Of a DNA stretch of 32,000 bases, positions 1 to 8,175 are shown piece after piece (the stretch's first letter is position 1; the number at the start of each line of letters is the position of its first letter). A program made the position numbers and the translations under genes. The notes beneath the pieces are model-generated. The model saw nothing but the letters and a program-made list of their open reading frames with translations. It was not told the DNA's origin and searched no databases. Source of the stretch: Acaryochloris marina S15. Lineage in GTDB: Bacteria; Cyanobacteriota; Cyanobacteriia; Thermosynechococcales; Thermosynechococcaceae. The stretch covers positions 1,080,001 through 1,112,000 of the forward strand of contig NZ_CP064923.1 of assembly GCF_018336915.1 (NCBI RefSeq), in the 5' to 3' direction.

Positions 1-1
1 T

Positions 2-322
2 ACGCTATCTGGAGGGCAACGTCAGCGTACAGCACTATCACGAGCGTTATTAGTGGATGCCCCTATCCTCATTTTGGATGATGCCTTGTCCAGTGTGGAT
101 AATCAAACGGCCACTGAAATCCTGAATAACTTATCAAGCGACACTCAGCGAAAGACCGTTGTGTTTATTTCTCATCAATTATCAGCAGCTGCGATCGCAG
201 ATCAGATCTTTGTGATGGATCAAGGCGAAATTGTCCAAATAGGAACTCACACTCATCTCGTCCAAAAGCCAGGGCTCTACCAAACCTTATGGAATAAGCA
301 AAAACTAGAAGAACAACTGTAG
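2..322 (+). CDS. ABC transporter ATP-binding domain, C-terminal fragment (5' end outside window)
   Basis: The frame is open to the window edge. Translation from nt 2 reads TLSGGQRQRTALSRALLVDAPILILDDALSSVD, which contains the ABC signature LSGGQ and Walker B ILILDD, followed by the H-loop FISHQ. Stop at 320-322. Confidence 0.85.
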   Translation, partial: TLSGGQRQRTALSRALLVDAPILILDDALSSVDNQTATEILNNLSSDTQRKTVVFISHQLSAAAIADQIFVMDQGEIVQIGTHTHLVQKPGLYQTLWNKQKLEEQL

Positions 323-376
323 TAGGTTTTTTGAGCAGACGCTGGGCTCATGCCAGATAAACCAAGGTAATCAGGG

Positions 377-946
377 TTAACGCGCTTTCCCCTTCGACAG
401 AGATTGTTCTGATTTCAATTTGATTAATTGCTTAAGGGTGGGAATGGGAAATAGCTGCGCCACTTGTTTATAAGGAGCCGTGATGCCATCTGGCCCCACA
501 ACATAGTGGATATTATCTTCATAGACACTATCAACCACCACACCGGCTTGATACGCCAAGGGATACCATTGCTCAAACTGGCGGTCAATTAATACCAGGG
601 TGTTTTGAGCATTCACTCGATAGGCTTTCCCCACATACCCTGCGGTGTCATAAAAGATCTGATGGATATGTTGATCTAGCTTGACTTCATTTGGAATTTG
701 CGGTCGGTAGAACGCTTTAATTTCTTCTTCAACGTCCAGTTCTTGTAGACGAGTATGTAAACCCTGCTTATCGTCAGAAAAATAAGCCTCCCGAGCTTGC
801 CCATCCTGCAAGAACTTGAGAATAATCCCAACAGGAACTCCCTGAACCGTCAGGGAAGGCCCCACAACAATAGTAGTCAGGACAGCGATCACAACTAGCC
901 CTGCTCCCAGCTTGAGAAGAGTCGCTCGGATGGTTTTCTTAGCCAT
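377..946 (-). CDS. hypothetical membrane-anchored protein (189 aa)
   Basis: Clean ATG-started ORF with one N-terminal hydrophobic helix (LLKLGAGLVVIAVLTTIVVGP). No family recognised. Confidence 0.6.
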   Translation of the reverse strand: MAKKTIRATLLKLGAGLVVIAVLTTIVVGPSLTVQGVPVGIILKFLQDGQAREAYFSDDKQGLHTRLQELDVEEEIKAFYRPQIPNEVKLDQHIHQIFYDTAGYVGKAYRVNAQNTLVLIDRQFEQWYPLAYQAGVVVDSVYEDNIHYVVGPDGITAPYKQVAQLFPIPTLKQLIKLKSEQSLSKGKAR

Positions 947-1032
947 ACCCTTAGTCTAGCGATTTAGTCTCAAATTGTTGGTATCTTAGATGCTCAGGCA
1001 GCACGTTTTTTTAGATATCTACAAGCGGAGTT

Positions 1033-1054
1033 GGAGGGCATGGAATTGCCCTCC
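1033..1054 (-). terminator. terminator-like hairpin 10 nt downstream of the tpiA stop
   Basis: Perfect 8-bp stem GGAGGGCA/TGCCCTCC with a 6-nt loop. There is no clear U-tract after it on the minus strand, so the call is tentative. Confidence 0.4.
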
Positions 1055-1063
1055 AAAACTTAA

Positions 1064-1792
1064 TCATGACTGATAATTAACGACTCGTGCGAAACCGTCT
1101 CCCGCTAGACTAGCACCACCAACTAGGGCACCGTCTATCTCTGGCTGGGCCATGATCTCATCCACATTATCTGGCTTAACAGACCCACCATATTGAATGG
1201 TGACATCGGGGTTTGTTAAACGAGAGCGGATCAAACCAATCACCCGATTCGCTTCACTACTTTCACAGGTATCCCCTGTACCAATGGCCCAAATGGGTTC
1301 GTAGGCAATAATCAAGTTCTTTTGATCGACACCCACCAGACCTTTTTCAAGCTGTTCAAAGATAACGGCTTCCGTCTCATTGGCATCTCGCTGAGCCTTT
1401 GATTCACCCACACATAGAATGGGAGTGAGACGATGACCTTGAGCAGCCTTGAGTCGCTGATTAACGGTGGCATCCGTTTCACCAAAGAACTGGCGACGTT
1501 CACTGTGGCCAACGACGACATATCGCACCCCAGTTTCTAGCAGCATTGGCCCGGAGATTTCGCCGGTAAAAGCGCCTGTGTCTTCCCAGTGGATATTTTG
1601 CGCCCCGACTTGCACCCGACTGCCATGTAAGTTTTTGGAGAGGGCTGTCAGTGTGGTGAAAGGTGCACAGAGAATCACATCTCGATCTTCAGGGGTATCT
1701 TGTAGCAGGGGAAGAAAGGCTTGCAAAAACTCCAGGGCTTCTGCCTGGGTTTTGTGCATTTTCCAGTTGCCTGCGATCGCAATTTTTCGCAC
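1064..1792 (-). CDS. tpiA: triosephosphate isomerase
   Basis: Diagnostic TIM motifs AGNWKMH, VGHSERR and [11 protein letters not shown] in a 242-aa product. GTG start. Confidence 0.95.
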   Translation of the reverse strand: MRKIAIAGNWKMHKTQAEALEFLQAFLPLLQDTPEDRDVILCAPFTTLTALSKNLHGSRVQVGAQNIHWEDTGAFTGEISGPMLLETGVRYVVVGHSERRQFFGETDATVNQRLKAAQGHRLTPILCVGESKAQRDANETEAVIFEQLEKGLVGVDQKNLIIAYEPIWAIGTGDTCESSEANRVIGLIRSRLTNPDVTIQYGGSVKPDNVDEIMAQPEIDGALVGGASLAGDGFARVVNYQS

Positions 1793-2119
1793 GGTAGTTT
1801 TATCTAAGTTCCGATTAAAGTTAATGCACTATTAAGTGTAAGGGCTTGGGTGACGCATTACTAGGACTGAGAAATAGAACCCTTGCCCGGCTGATTGTGG
1901 ACGATTGCGCTATCTAATATCCTTAGCCATCATTCTCACGGCATGAAACAAATACGTTCAGTCTATATCTTCAACAGCAGTTGGCACAGGTTACTGCTCC
2001 AATCAACAACACCTACCACGATGCCCCCGTGGCAAGCCTCGATGACTGTATCCGTTCGCTTATGAAGGATGTCTGAGGCCCTGTGGGAATTCACTTTCGC
2101 TAAAAACAATAACGAAGTT

Positions 2120-2161
2120 GTATCGCTTCTTACCGAATAGCCGGACCAAATTCGTTACTGT
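2120..2161 (+). promoter_or_regulatory. NtcA-type (class II) promoter: GTA-N8-TAC box plus -10 TAN3T
   Basis: GTAtcgcttctTAC lies at 2120-2133. Exactly 22 nt downstream is TACTGT (2156-2161), which matches TAN3T. This geometry predicts a TSS near 2168, about 25 nt before the LysR-gene ATG at 2193. Confidence 0.6.
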
Positions 2162-2173
2162 GCTTTCATGACT

Positions 2174-2187
2174 GTAATCTAGGCTAC
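2174..2187 (+). promoter_or_regulatory. second exact NtcA-consensus box (GTA-N8-TAC) in the predicted 5' leader
   Basis: GTAatctaggcTAC ends 5 nt before the ATG at 2193. No TAN3T lies at the activating distance downstream, so the position suggests an operator rather than an activator site. Confidence 0.4.
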
Positions 2188-2192
2188 ACTTC

Positions 2193-3122
2193 ATGCGGCT
2201 CGAGCAACTGCAATCATTCTTATCTGTAGCCCAAACTGGGAGTTTCCAACAAGCGGCCAAAAAATGTGGGGTAACCCAATCAACCGTGAGTCGGCAAATT
2301 CAAGGACTGGAATCTGAATTAGGGTTACCCCTATTGCATCGAGGTGCTCAAAGCAAACTCACCTTGGCAGGGGATCAGCTACTCCCTCATGTCCGTAAAA
2401 TTTTGACCGAATGGCAAGATGCCACCCAGGAGATCAATGACCTCCGCGCTGGTAAGCAGCCTGAACTATGCGTTGCAGCGATTCATTCTGTCTGCGCCCA
2501 TTATTTACCACCGGTTCTCCAGAAGTTTTGTCAGCTTTACCCAGAAGTTCAATTGCGGGTCACATCCTTGGGAAGTGATCGATCCTTAAAAGTACTTCAA
2601 GATGGTTTGGTCGACTTGGCTATTGTGATGAATAATCCTCTACTCACCAGTCGATCCGAAAATGTGGTGGACTGGCTGTACAACGAGCCCATTCAAGTGC
2701 TGATGTCTTCAGAACATCCTTTGGCCTTCCATGCCGTTGTGCCTTGGCCTGAGTTGGCCAAGTTCCCTCAAGTCATGTTCAAAGATGGGTATGGGATGCA
2801 ACGTCTGGTCCAGGATCAGTTCAAAAGTCAAGGATTGGATCTGAAAGCAGTCCTTGAACTCAATACCCTAGATGCATTTCGAGGTGTCATCCGCCAAGGA
2901 GAAATGATTTCCCTATTGCCTAGGGGGGCCTTAGTGGATTCTCTCCATGATCCCTCCCTAGCGATTCGAGACTTGGCAGCACCAGAAGCCAAGGATATGA
3001 ATCCACAATTAAATCTGACCCGCGAAGTCGTTATGGTGACCACTCAGGACCGCTTGTTAATTCCACCTATTGCTAATTTTCGACGTTTGGTTCATGATTC
3101 ATTCATCTCCAATATTCCATAA
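2193..3122 (+). CDS. ntcB: LysR-family transcriptional regulator, probably the nitrate-assimilation regulator NtcB
   Basis: N-terminal LysR HTH (MRLEQLQSFLSVAQTGSFQQAAKKCGVTQSTVSRQIQGLE) in a 309-aa product. The NtcB call rests on context: an NtcA promoter upstream, and a TrpD-like cnaT-type gene, mobA and narM downstream. Confidence 0.6.
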   Translation: MRLEQLQSFLSVAQTGSFQQAAKKCGVTQSTVSRQIQGLESELGLPLLHRGAQSKLTLAGDQLLPHVRKILTEWQDATQEINDLRAGKQPELCVAAIHSVCAHYLPPVLQKFCQLYPEVQLRVTSLGSDRSLKVLQDGLVDLAIVMNNPLLTSRSENVVDWLYNEPIQVLMSSEHPLAFHAVVPWPELAKFPQVMFKDGYGMQRLVQDQFKSQGLDLKAVLELNTLDAFRGVIRQGEMISLLPRGALVDSLHDPSLAIRDLAAPEAKDMNPQLNLTREVVMVTTQDRLLIPPIANFRRLVHDSFISNIP

Positions 3123-3203
3123 GGCCCATCAGAGGAGATGTGGGTTAATTGCTACACAGTATCAAGGAACCCCTTGATTCTAGAGTTGGCAAAGTAAATA
3201 GCC

Positions 3204-4256
3204 ATGAGTCAGATTTTTCGAGAACTTTTAAAGAAAGTAGGTAGTGGGAGGCATACCAGTAAAGATTTAAGCAGAGTCGAAGCCCAAACCGCCCTGGAAA
3301 TGATGTTGCGGCAAGAAGCCACTCCTGCTCAAATTGGGGCTTTTTTAATTGCTCACCGGATTAAACGACCCACGGGAATTGAGTTGGCTGGTTTTTTGGA
3401 TGCCTATGAACATCTAGGTCCAGAGCTGTCAGCTGTATCTGCGCCCTCTCCAGTCATTGTGTTTAGCGTTCCCTATGATGGGCGCTCGCGCACGGCTCCC
3501 GTCTTACCCATTACTGCCTTGATCTTGGCCGCATCCGGCTGTCCTGTGCTGCTTCATGGCGGCGATCGGATGCCCACAAAATATGGGGTGCCGTTGGTTG
3601 ATCTTTGGCAGGGATTAGGGGTGGATTGGTCCCATCGCTCCCTCGCTCAAATCCATCAGGTTCTATCGGAATGTGGCCTCGGATTTGTTTATTTACCGGA
3701 GCAGTTTCCTTTAGCCCAAGGCCTAGTAGAGTTTAGGGATCAAGTCGGGAAGCGTCCTCCTCTGGCTACCACAGAGTTGCTCTGGCAGCCCTACCTAGGG
3801 AAACACCATCTGATTGCAGGATTTGTCCATCCCCCCACGGAAAATATGATGCGAGAGGCGTTGGCCCTGAGAGGAACGGACCATTTCACAACGGTGAAAG
3901 GGTTGGAAGGGAGTTGTGATTTGCCCCGCGATCGCAAAGCAATACTGGGTCTCAATCAGCCGGCATCAGAGCCGACCTGGCAGCGCTTAATCCTCTCGGC
4001 TCGAGAGTATGACCTCGGGGGTCCTGAAATTCCCTACACCTCCACCGAGGAATTGCTAGAACAACTCCATGCCGTCTTAAATGGTCAAGCCTGCGAACTG
4101 ATGCCTGCCGTCTTGTGGAATGCGGGCTTCTATCTTTGGCATGTGGGGATCAGCTCCACCTTGAATGAAGGGCTGCAAGCAGCCGAGAATTTATTAGTGA
4201 ATGGAACAGCAAAACAAACCCTTGAACAAGTCCAAACGTTTCTAGCAGACCTGTAA
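3204..4256 (+). CDS. cnaT: anthranilate phosphoribosyltransferase-like (glycosyltransferase family 3) protein, CnaT-type
   Basis: TrpD-family N-terminal helical region (TPAQIGAFLIAHRIKRPTGIELAGFLDA) and core, but the PRPP-binding GTGGD motif reads SVPYD. It lies directly downstream of the LysR gene, as cnaT (all0601) does after ntcB in Anabaena PCC 7120. Confidence 0.6.
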   Translation: MSQIFRELLKKVGSGRHTSKDLSRVEAQTALEMMLRQEATPAQIGAFLIAHRIKRPTGIELAGFLDAYEHLGPELSAVSAPSPVIVFSVPYDGRSRTAPVLPITALILAASGCPVLLHGGDRMPTKYGVPLVDLWQGLGVDWSHRSLAQIHQVLSECGLGFVYLPEQFPLAQGLVEFRDQVGKRPPLATTELLWQPYLGKHHLIAGFVHPPTENMMREALALRGTDHFTTVKGLEGSCDLPRDRKAILGLNQPASEPTWQRLILSAREYDLGGPEIPYTSTEELLEQLHAVLNGQACELMPAVLWNAGFYLWHVGISSTLNEGLQAAENLLVNGTAKQTLEQVQTFLADL

Positions 4257-4324
4257 GTTAATAACGCCTGGAGAAATATTTCTCCCGTTCATCATCGATT
4301 TTCCTCCGCCTTACTCAAGCTCCC

Positions 4325-4930
4325 ATGAATCAGCCAACGTCACTCACTCAAAACAGTTATGTTGCCGGCTTAGTCTTGGCAGGGGGACGAAGTAGACGCA
4401 TGGGGACTGATAAAGCATTGCTCTGCTGGCAAGGCATACCTATGCTCCAGCGGGCCTGTCAAGCTGCCCTACAGTGCTGCGATCTCGTTTATGTACTAAC
4501 ACCCTGGCCTGAACGCTATCAGCACGTCATACCATCATCCTGTATCGTCTTGCAGGAACACCAGCCCGATAGAGGTCCCTTAGTTGCATTATTAGCAGGA
4601 TTGAATCAACTCCAAACGACTTGGGTACTTCTGCTAGCATGTGACTTGCCGCTCCTCCGTTCAGATATTCTCAGGGAATGGTTAACCTTATTGCCGAATA
4701 CCCAAGCCTTAGCCCTAGTGCCCCATCAGCCTGATCAATGGGAACCCCTTTGCGGTTTCTACCATCATCAAAGCCGTTCATCATTGCAATCCTTCATCCA
4801 GCAAGGGGGGCAATCTTTTCAGCATTGGTTATCCAGTCTTCCAGCCCAGAAGATTACAACAAATGCCCAATCCCAAACAATGTTATGGAATTGCAACGCT
4901 CCCAACGATTTAATCCCACCTGAGGTTTAG
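4325..4930 (+). CDS. mobA: molybdenum cofactor guanylyltransferase
   Basis: N-terminal MobA signature GLVLAGGRSRRMGTDKALL, the later LLACDLPLL segment, and a 201-aa length. Confidence 0.8.
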   Translation: MNQPTSLTQNSYVAGLVLAGGRSRRMGTDKALLCWQGIPMLQRACQAALQCCDLVYVLTPWPERYQHVIPSSCIVLQEHQPDRGPLVALLAGLNQLQTTWVLLLACDLPLLRSDILREWLTLLPNTQALALVPHQPDQWEPLCGFYHHQSRSSLQSFIQQGGQSFQHWLSSLPAQKITTNAQSQTMLWNCNAPNDLIPPEV

Positions 4931-4934
4931 TACC

Positions 4935-5417
4935 ATGTCCACTCCACCAGATTTTCCAGCCGAAGATAGCCTCTTTTTCCAGTTTGAACAGGAATTTATA
5001 GACGATTTACGCTGTATTCCCATGATTGTCCGTTTCAAGCTTGACACCTGTGGAATCAAGCTGAAGCTCGCCCAATGGAATCAGTTTAGCGAAGATGAGC
5101 GAGAACAATTCGCCTTCCAGCCTTGTTCCTCAGAAGATGAAATCGAAGACTATCGAGAATTTCTCCAAGATTTGATCTTTATGTATTCAGAAACAGAAGC
5201 TGGTGAGGTGCCTGTTGATGAAAATCCGCCTTGGCTAGATGAGACTAAGATCCCATCTGACTTAGTGGAAAAAGCCAAGTCTTTCAAGGCCACTATTAGC
5301 CTCAAACAGTGGAAAAGCTTAAGTCCCCTGCAACGATTCGCCTTGATCAAGCTCAGTCGCCCCAGCCATGAAAACAACAACTTTGTGCCCGCTTTAAAAG
5401 AATTCCAGTTGGCATAG
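4935..5417 (+). CDS. narM: nitrate reductase associated protein (NarM-type)
   Basis: Small acidic 160-aa protein with FEQEFIDDLRCIPMIVRFKLDTCGIKLKL and QRFALIKLSRPSHENNNFVPALKEF. I recognise these as the cyanobacterial 'nitrate reductase associated' family. A 4-nt gap after mobA suggests co-translation. Confidence 0.65.
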   Translation: MSTPPDFPAEDSLFFQFEQEFIDDLRCIPMIVRFKLDTCGIKLKLAQWNQFSEDEREQFAFQPCSSEDEIEDYREFLQDLIFMYSETEAGEVPVDENPPWLDETKIPSDLVEKAKSFKATISLKQWKSLSPLQRFALIKLSRPSHENNNFVPALKEFQLA

Positions 5418-5420
5418 CCC

Positions 5421-6602
5421 CTACTGATCTGCAACCAGCACCACTTGTTCAATGGGGCGATCTCGCAATAGCCGTTTTGGTACCCCTCCGGGCTGGGTCG
5501 CGTAAATAGCACTGCCATTGGTATAAACAACACCACCGTTAGCATCAATGTCATAGGAGATGACCCCATCTCCTATGACCTGGACCTCGCCATCTGGGCG
5601 CTGACATACGAGCTGCCAAGATCGGGGCACTAGAGCCGGTGAGTCTTCATCGCCAAACCGGCGATTTTTCTCTGCTTCGGCTTCTGTATTGATGACATTG
5701 CCCCAGATTAACAAGTCTTGCTTAGCTTGTATTTTGGGTTGACCAGGTTTTACTAATGGTTTCCCCGTATAGGCTTGGGTAAATACATTCAGCCATTCAT
5801 AAATTGCCTGAATTAATCGAAAGGGCATCAGGAGAATATCTTTGAGTAGTGTCAAGATATTCAATCGACGTTGACGGGTTTGATACGGACGTCGAATATA
5901 GTACAGCGAGCTATCCGCAGCCATTTTGGGAGCTAGCAGGTCAAATTTGTCACTCTCTGCGACTGTCGTCATTTCTCCTGACTGAAAATCTAATTTTTCA
6001 ATCGTAAAAGGGCTTTGCTCTAAGACAAACCCCTCTGAGTTTCGGGCAATACCGGCAGATTGAAAGACCAGTACTTTTTGATCCCCGGGCAGCCATTGCG
6101 GTGCTAGATCAATCGAATCTCCTACCGTTATCTCTTTGGGTCTGGCTCCATCAATTGGCATCACTGCGATATTCGCTGAACCATCTTTATGCATGACGGT
6201 ACAGGCAAATTCACTTTTTTGGGGATGAACGTTCAAATGCTGAACTGCAAAATCGGAATTATGAAACAAACGCTGTTCTTTATCTTCCGTAGCATCTAGG
6301 GTAAACACGCCGGTCACATCTCCCACGGCCAGGGTATAGAGCAGTTGACCTGGACTGCAGGGACTAACGGATCGAATGGCGACGGGAAGTTTGGCTTCAC
6401 CCATTGCTTCCATTTGTTGCAAGAAGGCTTGGGGGATCATTCCTGCCATGGGATTTTTATCCTTCCAAGCATTTCGCCGCTGACTTTTTAGGGTCCGGTC
6501 TTGTACATCTAGCCCAAATTGGCTATCAATTGTACGGACGGGGCTCTCGCCTAATTTGAGGTGTAATTTACCACCTGCAAGGTATGCAAAGTTAAGGCTC
6601 AT
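5421..6602 (-). CDS. conserved hypothetical protein (393 aa), possibly beta-propeller-like
   Basis: Long clean ORF with an ATG start. The N- and C-terminal segments are beta-strand rich (DGVISYDIDANGGVVYTNGSAIY) and flank a hydrophobic stretch (LNILTLLKDILLMPFRLIQAIYEWLNVF). No family recognised. Confidence 0.6.
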   Translation of the reverse strand: MSLNFAYLAGGKLHLKLGESPVRTIDSQFGLDVQDRTLKSQRRNAWKDKNPMAGMIPQAFLQQMEAMGEAKLPVAIRSVSPCSPGQLLYTLAVGDVTGVFTLDATEDKEQRLFHNSDFAVQHLNVHPQKSEFACTVMHKDGSANIAVMPIDGARPKEITVGDSIDLAPQWLPGDQKVLVFQSAGIARNSEGFVLEQSPFTIEKLDFQSGEMTTVAESDKFDLLAPKMAADSSLYYIRRPYQTRQRRLNILTLLKDILLMPFRLIQAIYEWLNVFTQAYTGKPLVKPGQPKIQAKQDLLIWGNVINTEAEAEKNRRFGDEDSPALVPRSWQLVCQRPDGEVQVIGDGVISYDIDANGGVVYTNGSAIYATQPGGVPKRLLRDRPIEQVVLVADQ

Positions 6603-6950
6603 AGGTGCAGGAATGAAATGTGGTGAATATCTACGATAGCAATTTTATCGATGACTGAATCAGTCTTTGTCCTCAAGGAATTGCGGCTACAACAGCGATC
6701 CTCAAAGAGAGTGGATTGCAAGGAGTATTGAAGACTGAAGGATAGAGTTGACCTGCATCCATCAAGCAAACACTCATGATAGGGAGAGAGAACAAGCTAT
6801 ATGCCCATCATCATGGGATATATCAGTATTCTGGGAAATAGGCTAAAGACCCGCTGAGTCATTGGCATCCGCTGAACAGCTTATCCCTGAGTACCTAGTG
6901 TTTCAGCCAAGCATCAGGGATAACTTTAAACAGAGGTAATTTGAACCGGA

Positions 6951-8162
6951 TTAGCGTTTCACTTTAGCCAACATCAAGTTGGATTCATTCGGCCCAAAGT
7001 TATAGCCGATACCAAAATTGAGCCGCTGAATCTTGGCATTTTTCTGATAAATCTGATTGAGATCCGTTTGGTATTCTTCCGCTGTAAAGGGTGCCCGGGG
7101 TGCGGTGTAATTACCGTAAAAGGTTAGATTCCATTGGTTGTCATCAAACACTCGCACTGGCATTCCTGAATCGTCCTGTAACAAATTCGTGGCCTTTGCC
7201 AAGGTTAACTCTCGAATTTGTTTGAAGGTTGAGTCATAGTGCATCAAATAAGAGGCTGCTTTCAGATAAGTATTGGGCTGATCTAGATTATCGACAAACT
7301 GGGCCAACTGAGGGGTTTTCTTGAGACCATCATCCGAGAGATCCGTCGAAAAATAGTACAGGGTCCGAGGCTTATCCTCATCAGCAGCGGTGAACGTCAC
7401 CTTCACTCCGGGGACCATCCCCTTGGCCTTCTCATTCGTGGATTGAACCGTCCCACTGCTATCAATGCCGATGTATTCCACATCCAACACTCGGTTATTG
7501 GTCCGAGCGAGAAATACCAACAAAACTGGCAGCACCCCTTGCTTCTGCAGATCCACCTTCATATCGTTGGTGCGGAAGAAACTATATTGCAGGATGGCAA
7601 ATAACGAATTCTTCGCTTCTAAAAGCTTCAAGTTTTGCTGTTCAGTGGATAGCTGGGAAAAATCAGGTAGCGGCCCCACGGGTTCTAAGGCAATCAACAC
7701 ATATTCTTCGGCCTTGGGAAAAAATGTGTTGGCGTAGAGAATATCTGGCCCACTAAAGGGATAAAACAAGGGTTGGGTGGAGCGATGCAAATCAGCAATT
7801 TCGATGGCCGCCCATTGACGGACCTTAGACAACTGTTGATCTTCTAGCTTGCCAAAGGCATCTTCTAAAAAACTATGGTGACTTACCCAAGTCGGTCGTT
7901 TTTGTACCTCACTAAATTCACTGTCCTCACCCACCTTCATCCCGGCTAATAGCTTAGAGATATCTGTCCAACGGGCTGCTTTGACTTCATCAATTTGAGG
8001 CGTAGTAGGCGTGGAACCGGGGGAGCCTTCGGAGGAGGAAGGGGCTGAGGCGGTCTCTGTTTTCGCCGAAGTAGTGGACTGATTAGAGGAATCGCAGGAT
8101 TGGAGTCCTCCGCCCAACAGGAGAGCTGCCGTTAAGAGTAGAGATAAGCGCATATTTTTCAT
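6951..8162 (-). CDS. hypothetical lipoprotein (about 403 aa from the internal ATG)
   Basis: The signal peptide plus lipobox MKNMRLSLLLTAALLLGGGLQS|C begins at the ATG at 8162. Using this start removes the 26-nt overlap with the upstream permease ORF. An S/T/P-rich linker precedes a globular domain (FYPFSGPDILY, LLQDDSGMPV). Function unknown. Confidence 0.6.
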   Translation of the reverse strand: MKNMRLSLLLTAALLLGGGLQSCDSSNQSTTSAKTETASAPSSSEGSPGSTPTTPQIDEVKAARWTDISKLLAGMKVGEDSEFSEVQKRPTWVSHHSFLEDAFGKLEDQQLSKVRQWAAIEIADLHRSTQPLFYPFSGPDILYANTFFPKAEEYVLIALEPVGPLPDFSQLSTEQQNLKLLEAKNSLFAILQYSFFRTNDMKVDLQKQGVLPVLLVFLARTNNRVLDVEYIGIDSSGTVQSTNEKAKGMVPGVKVTFTAADEDKPRTLYYFSTDLSDDGLKKTPQLAQFVDNLDQPNTYLKAASYLMHYDSTFKQIRELTLAKATNLLQDDSGMPVRVFDDNQWNLTFYGNYTAPRAPFTAEEYQTDLNQIYQKNAKIQRLNFGIGYNFGPNESNLMLAKVKR

Positions 8163-8175
8163 AATGGTTAGATGT

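Noticed and set aside
1312-1835. ORFs 1312-1521 (-) and 1467-1835 (+) overlapping tpiA
   Set aside because: These are alternative-frame and antisense shadows of a confidently identified gene. Their translations have low-complexity, Arg/Ser-rich composition.
2060-2260. 66-aa minus-strand ORF spanning the ntcB promoter and start
   Set aside because: It overlaps the NtcA boxes and the LysR N-terminus, and its translation has no recognisable features. It is most likely spurious.
3144-3186. Weak NtcA-like site GTtaattgctacAC with TAGAGT 23 nt downstream, in front of cnaT
   Set aside because: Only the GT-N10-AC core is present (GTT...CAC instead of GTA...TAC). A match at that level is common by chance, so I cannot support it without binding or TSS data.
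6881-6923. 10-bp inverted repeat TTATCCCTGA / TCAGGGATAA just downstream of the lipoprotein gene stop
   Set aside because: It could be a terminator, but the loop is 23 nt and no U-tract follows on the minus strand. That is too weak to call.
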